Below are positions 51,081-64,000 of a DNA stretch of 64,000 nt, piece after piece. The DNA is taken from contig CM060731.1 in the NCBI GenBank assembly GCA_030704615.1, forward strand, positions 77,624,001 to 77,688,000, given 5' to 3'. Made by a program: the position numbers and the translations under genes. Each line of letters begins with the position of its first letter. Within the stretch, counting starts at the first letter, position 1. Below the pieces are notes generated by a model. It did no database searches. It was not told the origin of the DNA and saw only the letters and a program-made list of their open reading frames with translations. Source of the stretch: Takakia lepidozioides. Lineage: Eukaryota > Plantae > Bryophyta.

Positions 51081-52419
51081 TTTTGTTAATTTTCAAAATG
51101 TATTTGCCACTGCCAACGTGTCGGCGACGTGGCTGCTTAAGTGGCAGTATTTTACCTGGTACTATTTTTACCAGAATATTCCCCGAACCTGACGTGACGG
51201 AGGTCCCATCAGCGTCAGGTCTGACGTGACCTGACGATGACGGACGGACGTGACGCTGATAACCGGGTCGAAAGCTAAGAAGCACATTGATGGCCCTTAT
51301 CTTATTACTGACATTTTACCTAGTAGATAGTATGTTCTTCTTACACAGTATGCCTCTACTCCTCATTTGGCTAGTTCAATTCATGTATCTCTCTTAGTTC
51401 CATGCACTCTAACGTTTGACTTGACATGTTTGAATGTGGAAAATAGACAGGTGATTTACACCCCTACTAGGGCTGCCCTCTCCCGCAGTCCATCCTGTTT
51501 CGTGTACCTTTGCATCCTTTTTGTGTACCTTTGCATCAGCCAATATTCTCATGAGTATTTGCCTTGAGCTACCAGAGCATCTATTCATGTACAGACACGA
51601 GTTCATCGTGTAGTCACATTATGTTCAAGCACATTAGTGTTTGTTTTAGGTTTTAGAGATTTCAAGGTTTGCTTCATTTCTATTATTTTTCACCGTTACA
51701 TACCTTAGTCTCCCTACTTTTTTACAATTATTTATTTAACTATCATCAATGCCTCATTCACTTGGATGATTTATTCATCCATTTTTTATTCATCCATAAT
51801 AACGTCGACATTAGTGTCAAGGTATGGATTCTAGAGACTTAGTCTGGTGGAGTTATCAACCCATATAGCAGATCCGTACTCCAAGGCAGGTCTAATAACG
51901 CGGCAAAGTAAGGTTTTCTTGACCTCAGAGTTAATGGATTGTTGTTTAAATACAAGCTAAAGTCTCATCACTTGACCTTCACTCTGTCCCACATCACATT
52001 TCTTCTTCATTTATTTTTATTTTTTTTGGGTCTTCATTCACATATTCACCTACTTTATTGAATGACTCTATATTAGGATATCCAGTAAAGGCTGTTATTT
52101 TTTCTTCTATCTATCTCTATCCGTCGAGACTAAAGAACGTTGACATTCATATTGACGTTCTATTCTTTATATCATTTCTTATTTTTCTTGGTCCTCATCG
52201 ACACATCCACATGACATATTCTAATTCTCTTAATATTTCTTCACCGCGGGGAATCACAATATCGCCTTTTTTGTGTCTTTGCAAAGGTCATGGCAGCATG
52301 AACGACTACATTGATTACATGAAAACACGAAGGTTTGTGGTTGATGACATCATCGGAGGAGCAGACGTGCGCGATCGCGTGTGCTTCATTCAATGCAAAT
52401 CGTCACCTACAGAAGCCCT

Positions 52420-52840
52420 ATTGAACAATAGCTAATACCAAACTGTACGTTTATCACCATTTTCAGATGAAAGAACTTGCTTGTAGTACTCAGCTTGAAA
52501 AAACACTCCTATTTCACCAGAACATTCATGTCTAAAAAAAGATGTAATTTTGGCCTTCCATATCCAATCATGATGTACAATTCCTCCTTTCTGGTTTGAT
52601 CACCACATTGTCTCCCACTCTATAATTATTTCCCCCATGTAATAAAAATTTCGAAATTACAATGTTGTCGTCGAAGCTACTCCAATTGTGATCAGTGAGA
52701 ACTCCTCGATTTTTCCAATATTGTTCTAAATATGACTTTGTTTCCTCCGTTAGTTTTATCCTTTGAGGCCGTTTTCGTCCGACAAGTATGCCTTTTTTTA
52801 GGATCATTTCCAGACATGGACTTTTGAAATTGGTCATTTA
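52420..52840 (-). pseudogene. Probable C-terminal part of the CMC-type transposase, inverted relative to its core
   Basis: Protein-like frame KGILVGRKRP...YRVGDNVVIKP...WKAKI..FF. It abuts the N-terminal part, which is on the opposite strand. Confidence 0.45.
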
Positions 52841-52844
52841 TCGA

Positions 52845-55650
52845 ATAGGAGGGCAAGGAGAAGCTGGTGGAAGTAATGTTGATATTTCTATGGAAAGACA
52901 AGATAGAAGTGTAGACATGGATGGAAATAGATTATTATGTTCATGCAGGTTTTGTGATGGAAAAAAGATTGTTGGTCGTTCAACATTCTATAAACATAGG
53001 GCACTTGATACCCTCAACAGAGTATTTATGGGAGTACGAGCAATTCTTCCATTGGATAATGCAATTTCCGACCAAAACCATGACTTTATAGGTTTAGGGT
53101 TTTATGGTGGTGATCACATGGCGAATGTGGGAGATTTCAATGGGGTGATAGATAGTGGAATATTACCTCATGGACATGATGGAAGAGATTTTACAGGAAG
53201 TCCGCCTCTACATTTTAGAAATGAAGTTTCTGCAATCAAGACTAACTCTAAAACATAGTATCTTTTTTCGTATTATTCAGATGCAAGCGGATTGGGATTT
53301 ATACAGAGTTCCCATTGAACTCCAAGATCTTATGTTGAAGAGATTATTTGGGTCACTGACAAGTACGAGTACCCGTGAAATACAGACAAATGATTACAGG
53401 AGCAAGTCATTGGGGGAACTACTTTGTCAAGTACCGGGTGACTGGAATGGAGATTTAGACAGCTTACAAATACCAACCTCCTTCAAACAACTTTCAGGTA
53501 AGGTCGAAATATTCTCAATTGGAGGTGTTTTATCAGCGGAACGACAAGTAAAGCTTCCTTAAGAAAAGATTGTGAAAATTGCTGTGAAAAATGTGTGATC
53601 TGTGGAAGAAAGAGGCAATATGCATTATCTTTTGATTACTCACCTTTCACTGCCCAGATTGCAGCATTGTGTCGAAGTAGAACCCATTGCCATGAATTTC
53701 TTACAACGTGGAGAATCAGAGACAAATGGTTAGGAATTACATTAGAAGAACAACCAGAAACTATCCAAGAACTTTGGGATGGAGCAAAAATGAGGGAGTG
53801 GCAAGATTTAAGGAATCCCTCTACTGAGTGGGAACTCCCACTTGTTTGCCCAAATTTGCTCTGTGACAAAACATTTCGAGTGTTCCCTGCAAATTCTAAG
53901 TGTAAGGAAATGCTCGATGGGTGGGATTCCTAGAAAAATGAATATATATTTCCTTGTCCCGATTGTTCAACATTGGTGAAAGGGAAAAGAAAACTAATAC
54001 AGGATGATCCAAGAAATATTGAACTGATGGCTCACCGGAACGGATTCCAAGCTGCAAAAATAACTGTGAATGATAGTTGGACAGTCGAAGTGGTGGTTAT
54101 GAATGGTGGAAAACTATCCTCTTGGGACCTATCCCATTTTATTTATTCCCTACAGTGCCAAAAACTTAGTGAAACAGAAGAAAATAATAATATGTTGAGT
54201 CCTTTTTTGGATCCATTCATTAGGGAACTTCATACAGCTTTTGTGGATGGATTTGAAGTTGAGTATGGATACCCATCAAAGTTGATTTCTGGACACCTTC
54301 CACACTGTGAAGCAAGGGCTACAATTCGGTAATATTCTTCCCATATATTATTTGTCTTAAAGTTGAAGTAATTAAGTTTTGACATATAGTTAACTAGTTA
54401 AAAAAACCATGCTACTATTGAAATGGCCCATTTCAACTATTGAAATAATCATTACAATAGTAAGATGGCTCATTTGAAAGATTAAAATGATATTTTATAT
54501 ATTTTTTAGTTTCCTTTTTAACTTGTGATGGTATACTAACTTTTGGGATCAATTTTTTGGGTACAGGATAAGGGCTTGTTTGATGCTTTTTACTAGTGAT
54601 CACCCGGCGCAGTGTAAAGTTGGTGGCCTTGAGGATGGGGGCTATTCTGCTTGCAGGAGACATCAAATGGCTGAAAAAGTTAACACTAATACGAGGGGTA
54701 TTGTTGGTGCCTCAGTTGAGTATACAAAAAACCGAAGGCAAGTAAGGTATCCACCACCGAAAAGGACAATCGAGAATATGTGTGATTCCATGGTGGAATT
54801 TAAACAAGCTTCAAATACACTGGAGAAGCAAAATGCAAGTAAAAAAGGAGGAATTTCTGGACTCTCCATCCTTTGGCGTTTATATGATTTGTACGGATTT
54901 AATATTTCAACAGATTTGGTGTTTGATGCAATGCACACTTTGGCTCTATGTGTACTGAAGAAGTATACGGAGTTGTTTGTTGGTACTGTTGCAAAAACAC
55001 CGTCTGAAAGGGCAGAATTGGAGAATGCATTGAGTATAGCTACAATTGCTAGACCACAAGATGACCACAATTTCCTACAACCCGTCTAGGATTTTGGAAG
55101 ACAGAAGAATATCAAAATTTTGTTATGTGGTGTCTCCCATACATACTGGATCATATGGGTATTACAAAATACTCAATCTTGGGTGGTTTGGGGTTGATCC
55201 TTATTGAAGTATGTCGATTTTTTTATACACATACTAGAGAAGCAGGTTGGACAAAATAAAGTTTGCAGGTGGCACGTACACTTTTCAATGCTTGGCGTGT
55301 GAGATCGGAGGAGGGTTTCGGATCCAATTCATCCCCCATTGGAGCATGTGGCAGGTACTCTATTATGACCTATTAATTTAAAGTTATATTATAAATTGGA
55401 TATACTTATTGTTTACTTGTCATATGTGGTGCAGGAAGTGGAGATATTTTGGATGACGTTATAAGACATGGAAGTCATGATATTTACTGGTGTTATGCAT
55501 TTGAACGTGAAGTAAAGCATTATGTGAGTATTTCTACCAACCAGAAGTTAAATAAATTTACGTATACCAAATTTCATGCTTGAACATGGTTTATCCATAT
55601 TTTTACTCAACTACAAGAGGAAAAAGATGGTCTTTTTTCCAGAACAGAGG
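52845..55650 (+). pseudogene. CACTA/Mirage/Plavaka-like (CMC) transposase, intron-containing, decayed
   Basis: CSCRFC...H N-terminal motif, ELWDGAKM, PRNI.L...GFQ, FL.PFI.EL, DHPAQCKVGG...YSAC, DAMHTLAL, YWCYAFER. Putative GT-AG introns at ~54329-54567 and ~55355-55435. Confidence 0.8.
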
Positions 55651-57167
55651 ATAACTGAAGTTTTTCATAAGGCTTTGGTACAACCTTTTAATTGGAGGCA
55701 ACATGAAGTAGAGGTGGATTGTATGGAGTGACATACACAATGGTAGTTCCATCCCAAGAGAAAGCCAGAACGATATGGAATTTGCATTCAAGCGATGTTG
55801 ATAATATGTAGCATCCCTGGCGTAGTATATCTTATTGTCTTGTGAAGCTTTTTGATGTCTAGAGACTTAGTGGTATATAATCAAACCTTCCTGGTTTATG
55901 GCTACACTTATATGTACAGTCACACCTCACTTTTTTTTTTACCCCCACTCATCATTCTAACTCATCTACACATATGATACAATGGAGTACTTGGGATAAT
56001 ACATAAATAGTGACATATAAGTTCTCACAAACAGAACAAATAACTAAAAGCAAAGTTCTCTAAGCTTGTGGAGAATAAAATAGAGGGTCTAGAATGAAAA
56101 TTTTAGAATACAGAATAATGGAAATGGAACATAGCATAAAAGGGTAAACATGACACCTCATAAGATCTTAGATCGATCTAAAAAGGAATGGGATGATGAA
56201 GGCCTACAACAATAGAGATGACAAACTATGATCACTGAGTGAAGCAGCTCGACGCTCCCGCCAGTGAAGCTCGCGCCACTCGAGGACTTAGGGAAGTTTC
56301 ACGCACCAAAAATATCTCCAATTTCTACTCAGGTGACTACGTGGCTAAGTAACAAAATTTTATTGGTACACAGACAACTTTAGATTTTCCGCGAATGAGG
56401 GTTTGCCAAATCAACCTGTCTAATCAACTTTGGAGTATAATATAAAACTTTCTGGTTTATAAAATTATCTTTTATCATCTGAAAAAATGTTTCTGTATAT
56501 AGGTTTTGTACTTCTTTGGTTGTCCCCTTGAAGAGACTTCATTCCCAAATATTCCCTACATCTCTATGGGAATAAGTTCTTCTACATATGTCTACATGGG
56601 AATACCCTGAAAATTCCCACCACTTCGAGCAGGGACTATACCACAAGCTCCTTCCGGACTAGCTCAATAAGCGCAAGAGGCATGAAAAAACTTGAGGCAA
56701 TTCCACAGTACATTCAAGTTTTAGATTGAACCACCATGAATGCTCATGTGTCCAGCTGCATCAGAACCTGTAGAAATCTATGCTTAGGTATGCTTCAAAA
56801 TTTGACTTGAGCACTGGAGGCCTGATCAAATCTCAGGGTACTGGCCCATTCCCATATAAAGTTTACAAAACAAAAATTATTGCCTCTCATTTTACAATAT
56901 TTGCGACGTTATGGCGCACGCGCGGCCTGAGCGGTGGGCCCCGCGCACGGTCGCCCGGCTCCCCCGCGCGACCCCCCCCCGCCCGCCGCCCCGCGCGGTC
57001 CCCAAGTCGCGCCCGCTACCCCTGCGGCTGCAACAGCCGCGACCCACCAGCCATGCCCGCGACCCCAGTCCGGTCCGCTGTGCCAGTCCCCTCACGTCCA
57101 CCCTGTCAGTCTGCCCGCCAGTCCGCTGCCCATGAGTTTGTCCTCGCCAGTCTGCCGGATAGCCAGT

Positions 57168-58006
57168 TGTTAGAGGGCTGCTTGGGACTTAGACGCTTTT
57201 ACGGGTTCTGTGGGGTACCCTTAATTTTTGCGCAGATTGAGACCAACAGGAGCCTTAGGGGTGGCAGCAGCAGGCTTTAGGGGGGTTACACAGCCCGACA
57301 CAGCTTCACACAGCCCGACACAGCTCCACACAGCCTGACACAGCTTCGCACAGCCAGTCACAGCTCGGCACAACTTGACACAGCCTGTCACAGTACATGG
57401 GGAACATTTATCATTGACAGGGAACGACTGTGAGGGAACGACATCTGCAGAGGGAATGTGTTACTTCAGGGGTGACGGTTAGTTAGTTAGTTAGGTGGTT
57501 AGAACAGCTTGTGGGTAGATTAGGAGAGCGGCAACGGGAAAGGGATCACTTCTGGAAGAGGGCAAGAAACGTAACAGAGAGCGGAAAACAGTGAAGAGGA
57601 GATGATGACTTGAATGAGGCTTAGATCATGCAAGCTGTAGAATTATACAGTAGGATAGAATAGAGACACCATGGCATAGGCATGATACATGATTAATCTT
57701 AATCCGATACTGAATCGATACAAACATACTGTGTAGAGAGACACGAGAGAAGCTGTGGAATGAATGCATGATTAACTGGAACTTAGTAGATACTGAAGCA
57801 ATCTGATGCTTCAGTATACACGGTAAGGTAAATTGATAACATGAAGGCAAGAATGAATACAAATAGGAAGCACAACCATGATTCACTAGCTGCAGGTCAT
57901 GACTGATTGTTCTGAGCGGGCTGAGTGCTTAGAGATATCCAACTCTTCTATCTTGGAGTTTCCACCTCGGATAGCGAAGGGATGGGTGAGTAAAAGCCGC
58001 TCAACA
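57168..58006 (+). repeat. 5' LTR of Gypsy copy B (839 bp)
   Basis: TG...CA ends, adjacent PBS, and homology to 9834-10945. Confidence 0.9.
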
Positions 58007-58593
58007 TTTGGCGACCATACTGGGGAACTGGGTCATGGCAACCAGATGTGACAGGCATCTGGTGGGATCATGGTGGTTGGAGAATTAAAGAATTTGATGT
58101 GAATCAAATTCCCTGTGAAACTGAGAAGGAAAGATTGTCCAAACAATTCTTTCAGTGGTTCTTGGAATTGCAAGATGGTTGTAAAGAAAACATTCTTAAG
58201 AGAGTGCATGATGCTGACCCTGAGTGGGGTCTGGAGAAAGGAGTGATAAAGATTTATCAGGTGGCCTGTAGAGGAAGAGCACGTTGGTTACCAACACTGG
58301 TTTATGTGATAGCATTGCTATCCATTAAGCGAGTAGAGTTTGAAGGCTAGGAGGAAAGGAAGGTGAATGTTTATACTCATATGCATGAGGAGCTTGTTCT
58401 GGTAAAGAATTGGATTCCAAAGGATATTCTGTGGATCAAACTCACACCAAGAACAGCTTTCCAGACTTGTTTGCCATATGGTTATATAGTAACGGAGACT
58501 TCTAGTATAGCCAAGGGTGCATTGAAGCTTGAAAGAAACCCAGGCATATACGAGAGATACTACAGAAGAGAGTTTTGGTTATTGCCACATTAA
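57899..58593 (+). pseudogene. ORF0 of copy B (1-nt deletion near 58038; TGG>TAG at 58348)
   Basis: Colinear with ORF0 of copy A. Confidence 0.7.
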
Positions 58594-58613
58594 AGAAATG
58601 AAAGACATGGGAC

Positions 58614-61600
58614 ATGAGTGATGAAAGAGAAGCTAGACTCCAGAGATATTCAGCAAAAGAGAAAGTTATCTGAAAGCTAATTATCCATATCTTTGGGAGA
58701 GAGGAATAGACATAGGGGAATCATCTGGACCTCTCACACCATTAAGATCAGAGAGTACATCACCCATACCGGAAGAACTAGAGTTGGATGCCACTCCTTC
58801 TTTTTCTTTGCAAGAAAGATTAAGAGAATTGGTACAGGAAGAAGATCAACCACGAGGTGAAAGATCTGAGGTACATCCCTGGATAAAAGATTTGACAGAA
58901 ATCTTTGATAAGAGTTGGCATGGAACACCAAAACCAGGAACTCCAGTTTCTGAGACGGAAGACGAAGAAGGAGGAGAGGATGTGGCAGAGCCAACGGAGA
59001 GTTCTGACTCTCCAACACCATTGCAATTGAGTTACATGAGTGAAGAAGAAGAAACTTGGGCAGAACTTGGAAGATGAAAACAGAGAGAAGAAATTGGAAG
59101 AGGAAGAGTATAAAGAAGTAGACCCAACAGCTGAGGTTGAGACTACAACCAGGACATCCCAACCCGTTGGACCTGGATCAAGTGGAGCACTTGGATCACA
59201 GGCCAACGAAGGTGTCAGTTCAGGGGGATCAGGCGGGCAGCCTGAATCTGGCTCTGGGGGGACAGGGAGTGTGGGAAGTAGTGCAACTGGAGCTGGGAAT
59301 ACTGTGAATATAGTGGGGCCAGTAGCAGGGAGTGCTCAGGGGCCAGCACTTGGTGGAAGTACCACCACAACTACAACAGGTCCTTAAGGACCAGCACCAG
59401 CAAGGGGGCCAGCAGGTCTGATGTTGGGCTAGATCTTCCAAGAGAAAACCCACAGCAAGATTTCCAAATATGCCATAAAGATGGAGCCTGCAAAGAAGCC
59501 CAAACCGGGCAAGAAGTCCATCTAGGTGGCCCATTGAGGACATTGAACAAAGTGAGAGCAGAATTGCCAAAAGAAGGACGCTGCTAGGGGGAGTAAAAAT
59601 CCTACATCAACTGCCAGGGCAGGAGGTAGGGCCACAGATGGCGTTACAACCAACACGGGCAAAACCACCTTTTCCAATATATTCAGGAAAAGGGGATCCT
59701 GATGTACACATTAGCCAATTTGAGCACATGTGTATTGTGAACAATGAGAATGGCGATGATGCCAAGATGAGACTGTTTCCTTGTTCACTTATAAAGAAAG
59801 CAAGTGAATGGTATGCTAGATTCCCTGATAATCATTTCCTAACCTGGAATGGCTTCAATACAACATTCCGAAATAGGTTTAGGAGAAGTAAAACTGAGGA
59901 TGAAGTGTATGGAAGTTTACAACAGTTAAAGCAAAAGAAGCATGAAACTGTTGAGGAGTATATGGAAAAGATGGAATTGATGATGAAAAAGCTGGCTGCT
60001 GTACTAGCACCAGGTTTACAGAAGACTTGGTTTGTGAGTGGACTAAGACCAGAGTTGCAAAAGAAAGTGGATATGTTACCCCATAATACAGTGGAGGAGG
60101 CATTTGAAACAACGAACAAAATTGAGCAATTGGGAATGCTCAGGAGAGAGAAAATGGATGATGAGGACTCTGAGGATGAGTCAGATGAGGAAGAAGAGTA
60201 AGAGGAAGGAAAAGTTGAAGAGGGATAACTATGAGAAAAAATTAGAAGAAATCTTGAAGAAGTATGTCACAGAGGCTGCAACACATTGGAGGAAGGGTGT
60301 TTGGTGTGCAAAGTGCCAGAATGAAGGCCATACCACCACTGAATGCCACATGAAGGAGAAACACTGTACTATCTGTAAAATGGATAACCATTCTACTGAG
60401 AATTGTTACTACAACAGAAGGACAACAGCAAGAGAACCTAGGCAAGTAAGGGTGCATCAAGTGCAGCCCCAGCCAAGAAGAAACAGTGATCAGGACCACT
60501 ATGGTAGGTCTGGTGGTTATAACAATGGCATGGAAGGGAGAGGTAATTCAAGAGGGAATTACAAAGGAAATTCCAGAGGCAACTATCAGGGTAATCTAAG
60601 GGGGAATTACCAGCCAAGGAATCAAGATTACAGAAACAATCCCAGAGGGCGAGGACCTAATGGGGAAGAATTGTGTTACTATTGTAATCAGGCAGGACAT
60701 CGCAAGGCAGCTTGTCCATTCTGGATCAGACACCAGAATGAGATGAGAGCTCCTATGAATGAGGGGCCAGTGGTGGCAGCTCACATGGTTAGGCCATGTG
60801 TTGTACCAGAAGTAAGTACAATGATAGTAACGAGAAGCAAAGCCAAACTAATACCTCCAGTAGATGATGAAGGTGATGATAATGAAGATGGCAGTGATGT
60901 ACCTGAAGATGATGAGGCTTGGAGAGATGAGAAGGAACTGCACAAGGAAGTGGCAGATACCATAAGGGAAATGCAAAAGAGTACTGATATTCCTATGGCA
61001 GATTCCTCTGATTCTGCGAGAGAAGAGGAAGTGAGTGAGGATGAAGGGAAGAAAGAAGCTGCAGAAATGCAAAGTAATGAAGGGACTTTGGCTGAAGTAA
61101 TATGCCAGTCCAAAGCGGAGATTACCATTGGACAACTATTGGCTGTGGCACCTTATTGTAGACACAGGCTGTATCAAGCAATCAATCGAATTGCCCATGT
61201 GACAGGGAACACAGACCTGAACAGCAAGGTGACTAGTTATAATGTGAAGCCGGAAGGGCGAGAAACAGTCATGGACTTTGATGATTCTATGCCAGTAATC
61301 CAATTGAGAATTGGAAGCACAGAACTAACTGATGTACTGATAGATGGAGGCTCTGGAGTGAATATCATGACAGACCAATTAAGGCAGAAGCTTGGTCTAA
61401 GTAACATGAAACCAGCCCCATTTACAGTAACAATGGCAGATCAAAGAAGTGTACAGCCATTGGGATTGATAAGAGGAGTTAAGATACAGATTCAAAAGAT
61501 GATCTTTAAGATCACAGTAACTGTGTTGAAAATGGATGAAGTCATGGAAGCTTACTCCTTATTGCTGGGTCGACCGTGGCTGAAACAAGCCAGGGTATTC

Positions 61601-62650
61601 TATGACTGGAATTCCCAGTTACTAACTGTGCATGATGGGATGCACAAGATACAAATCACCACTAAGAAATCTAGTAGATTACCTGCTACGAGAAGACCTC
61701 GAGGGGTCAGGGAGTATGACTGGAGGAGAGGACTTGATGAGGAGCAGGAAGCTACCCTGTTTGTTGCACACCCAGAGTGGGAGCAAGTCGCAGAGATGCA
61801 ACTGGAAGGCCTAAGTTGTTTAAAATGTATCTGCTGTGGTGTAGTGACAGTAACACCAATTGAGGGTGAAACAAGCAGTTACCCACCACATTTCTATGAA
61901 GAAAGAGAGGGAGAAATGGAAATCCTAGAGGAACCAGCCACTGTGAGTTTACAGGATGAAGTGGTGACTGGTTGGACAATCACAGCTGATGAGCAGGTGA
62001 GAGAAGTGAATGTGGGAACTGAAGGGGAACCGAGGATGGTGAAGGATTTGGAGCCAGAATTCTTTGAGGAAGCTAAGAGTCTGTTCATCAAATACAAAGA
62101 TGTATTTGCTTGGAGCTATGAGGATCTGAAATGGATACCACCAGAGATCTGTCAGCATACGATTGAACTGGAACCAGGGTCAGTACCAATCAAACAGGCA
62201 AGGTACAGAATGAATCCCAACTATGCACAGAAGGTTGGAGAAGAGATCAAGAAGTTGGCTGAGGCTAAGTTTATATACCCGATAGAGTATAAAACTTGGT
62301 TGTCACCCATTGTGATAGTTCCCAAGAAGAATGGTAAACTGAGAGTTTGTGTGAACTATAAGAAGTTGAATGCTTGTACGAAGAAAGATCATTTCCCTTT
62401 GCCATTCACAGAAGCGGTATTGGACACTGTGGCAGGCCATGAGATGTACTCATTTATGGATGGCTTCAGTGGTTATAATCAAGTGCAAGTGGCAAAAGAA
62501 GACCAGGGAAAGACAACTTTCATCACAGACTGGGGTGCTTATGCATACAAAGTCATGCCTTTTGGACTTTGTAATGCACCAGCAACCTTTCAGAGAGTGA
62601 TAAGTGAATTTTTTCATGAGTATCTGGATGATTTCATGCAGGTGTTCTTG
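58614..62650 (+). pseudogene. gag-pol: gag-pro-RT(partial) of copy B
   Basis: Same motifs as copy A, with lesions at different positions. Confidence 0.93.
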
Positions 62651-63138
62651 TGTCGCGCACCTCACTTCGGTAAACTCCCCTTCAAGTCATAGTTACTCGC
62701 TTTGATGCGCGCGCCTGACTCCCAACCTGGCCGCCAGGCCAACTTGGAGCTTCGGCTGCTCACCGAGACATAACGGTCCCCCTTCGCTTCCCTCTAAAAC
62801 CCTCCACCTAATTGGGACTAGGAGAATTCCCTTTGGTAGATGGCAGTCCGGAACAGCTCCCCACTCTTTGGTCGCTTTCCGGCTCGCTCGCTTACTCACT
62901 AGTTTTTGGTCACCAACGGGCTTGCACCGTTCTCGGGGTTACTACTCCATATATATACTTCTGTAGCTGTCCGCGGGGGTTTCACAACCAGCCATGCCAT
63001 TTTATGGCGAACCACCACGAAGACCCTCGATTCCCGGTGGTGAGTCGCGGTGAGTCTTGGCCCGCTCACCACGGCCCCTATGGACCGTGATGAGTCCCAA
63101 GACTCCCCACGACTCCCACCACGAGGTCTCCGCCCCCA
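62651..63138 (-). mobile_element. LTR fragment of an unrelated retroelement interrupting copy B
   Basis: Homology to copy A stops abruptly at TGTCGCGC (minus strand ...GCGCGACA). TATATATA at ~62950-62957. Confidence 0.55.
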
Positions 63139-63462
63139 TTGGAGCTGCCGGCAAACAGCAAGGTGCACCCAGTATTCCATGTCTCTCTTTTGAAACCTTA
63201 CTTCAAAGATGAAGCGCGTCCGAATCGGCATCAAGTGTTGCGTCCGCCACCTATGCTGTTGGATCATGAAAATGAACCTGAGTACGAGGTGGAGGCAATA
63301 CTTAAGTCGAGGAGGTTCAGGAACCGAGAAACGGAGTATCTCGTCAAATGGAAGGGCTATCATCATGTGGAGGCATCTTGGGTGCGTGCCTCAGAAATGG
63401 GAAACGCATCCGAGGCGGTTGCAGCTTTCGAAGGGCGACCTCAAAAGCGGAAGAAGCGTTGA
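63139..63462 (+). CDS. Chromovirus (Gypsy) integrase C-terminus with chromodomain, 5'-truncated
   Basis: VHPVFHVSLLKPY, EYEVEAIL..R....EYLVKWKGY....SW. Confidence 0.93.
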   Translation: MELPANSKVHPVFHVSLLKPYFKDEARPNRHQVLRPPPMLLDHENEPEYEVEAILKSRRFRNRETEYLVKWKGYHHVEASWVRASEMGNASEAVAAFEGRPQKRKKR

Positions 63463-63478
63463 TGGGGACATCAACCTT

Positions 63479-64000
63479 GGAGCGTGGGGGAGGAAATGCA
63501 TGCTTAGCCCGGTTTAGCTAGCTCAGGAATCCGATTGCAAAAACTTGTATTGTACAAAAATTTGTTATAAAGGAAATGGGTTCCAAATATTGTGCGTCCT
63601 ATTGTGTTTGGAATGGTGATGCATGGTGTGATTGGCTAGTGTGTAGAATACATGCTAGCTTACAAAAGTGGGAGAGGTAAATTGGGTTAATCGTGTGTTT
63701 GCGCAGTGCCGAAATCGGGTGACTTCCATCCAAGGGGCAAGGAAACTTGCGCCTTCTTTGGGAGTTCACGTGCTAGTGCGCACCTGGCGCGTGCGCGTAC
63801 TATAACTGCGCTACCGAGGGGGTTGCCTTGTAGTGCGGGCTAACGCGGAAGCTACGTGCTTCCGTTCACATACTATAATCGTGTAACCTCGGGACGAAGT
63901 CGTAGTGCGGCTTCGGCGTGTTCCCGTACCTCAGGCCAGCATTCCAAGGCGGACCCAATTGTAGTGATTGGGGCACACGGTTGGTTCAAGGTTATCTTCC
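63479..64000 (+). mobile_element. Polypurine tract and 3' LTR of the chromovirus (LTR from ~63497)
   Basis: GGAGCGTGGGGGAGGAAA just after the stop codon, followed by TG. Confidence 0.65.

Larger units (their letters stand above)
57168..62650 (+). mobile_element. Ty3/Gypsy copy B (same family as copy A), truncated within RT
   Basis: LTR 57168-58006 (TGTTAGAG...CTCAACA), PBS 58009-58026, ORF0, gag, PR and RT up to FMQVFL. Confidence 0.95.

Noticed and set aside
56900-57165. GC-rich ORFs before LTR B
   Set aside because: Low-complexity GC island open in several frames, with no domain similarity.
59415-59615. ~200-bp segment in copy B gag that is absent from copy A, bounded by GT...AG
   Set aside because: Copy A's junction does not match a precise splice product. 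A microhomology-mediated indel (CCAGCA/CATCAA-CTG.CAG) explains it better.
1-62650. The two Gypsy copies as the ends of one giant element
   Set aside because: They are inverted, each has its own 5' LTR and PBS, and their LTRs are strongly diverged, so they are independent insertions.

Overview
This is nuclear DNA from a land plant, probably a non-seed plant (bryophyte/lycophyte/fern-like PLS-PPR, LecRK and retroelement sequences). It is dominated by transposons and has one 500-N gap. The only clearly intact host gene is an intronless L-type lectin receptor kinase (30141-32138). Two inverted copies of one non-chromovirus Ty3/Gypsy family sit near the window ends (1-10945 minus; 57168-62650 plus). 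This family has an extra ORF that starts inside the LTR and reads across the PBS; the left copy also shows a >1000-aa extension of pol. Other elements are a pogo/Tigger remnant, two hAT MITEs with 8-bp TSDs, a decayed L1-type LINE, a rearranged CACTA/CMC-type transposase and a chromovirus tail. Two regions stand out. (1) At ~35.5-51.3 kb a candidate multi-gene mobile element carries an atypical protein kinase, a RING-H2 protein and a hAT/DUF659 transposase. Each gene is preceded by an array of the same palindrome (AAGCGACCGCC-N4-6-GGCGGTCGCTT), and four unrelated long hairpins plus a hierarchical tandem repeat lie between the convergent kinase and RING genes. (2) At ~17-27 kb a decayed array has OSB-type 'PDF' ssDNA-binding motifs, split by a conserved putative intron, fused in frame to PLS-class PPR repeats. 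All family assignments come from motif recognition by eye; no searches were run.
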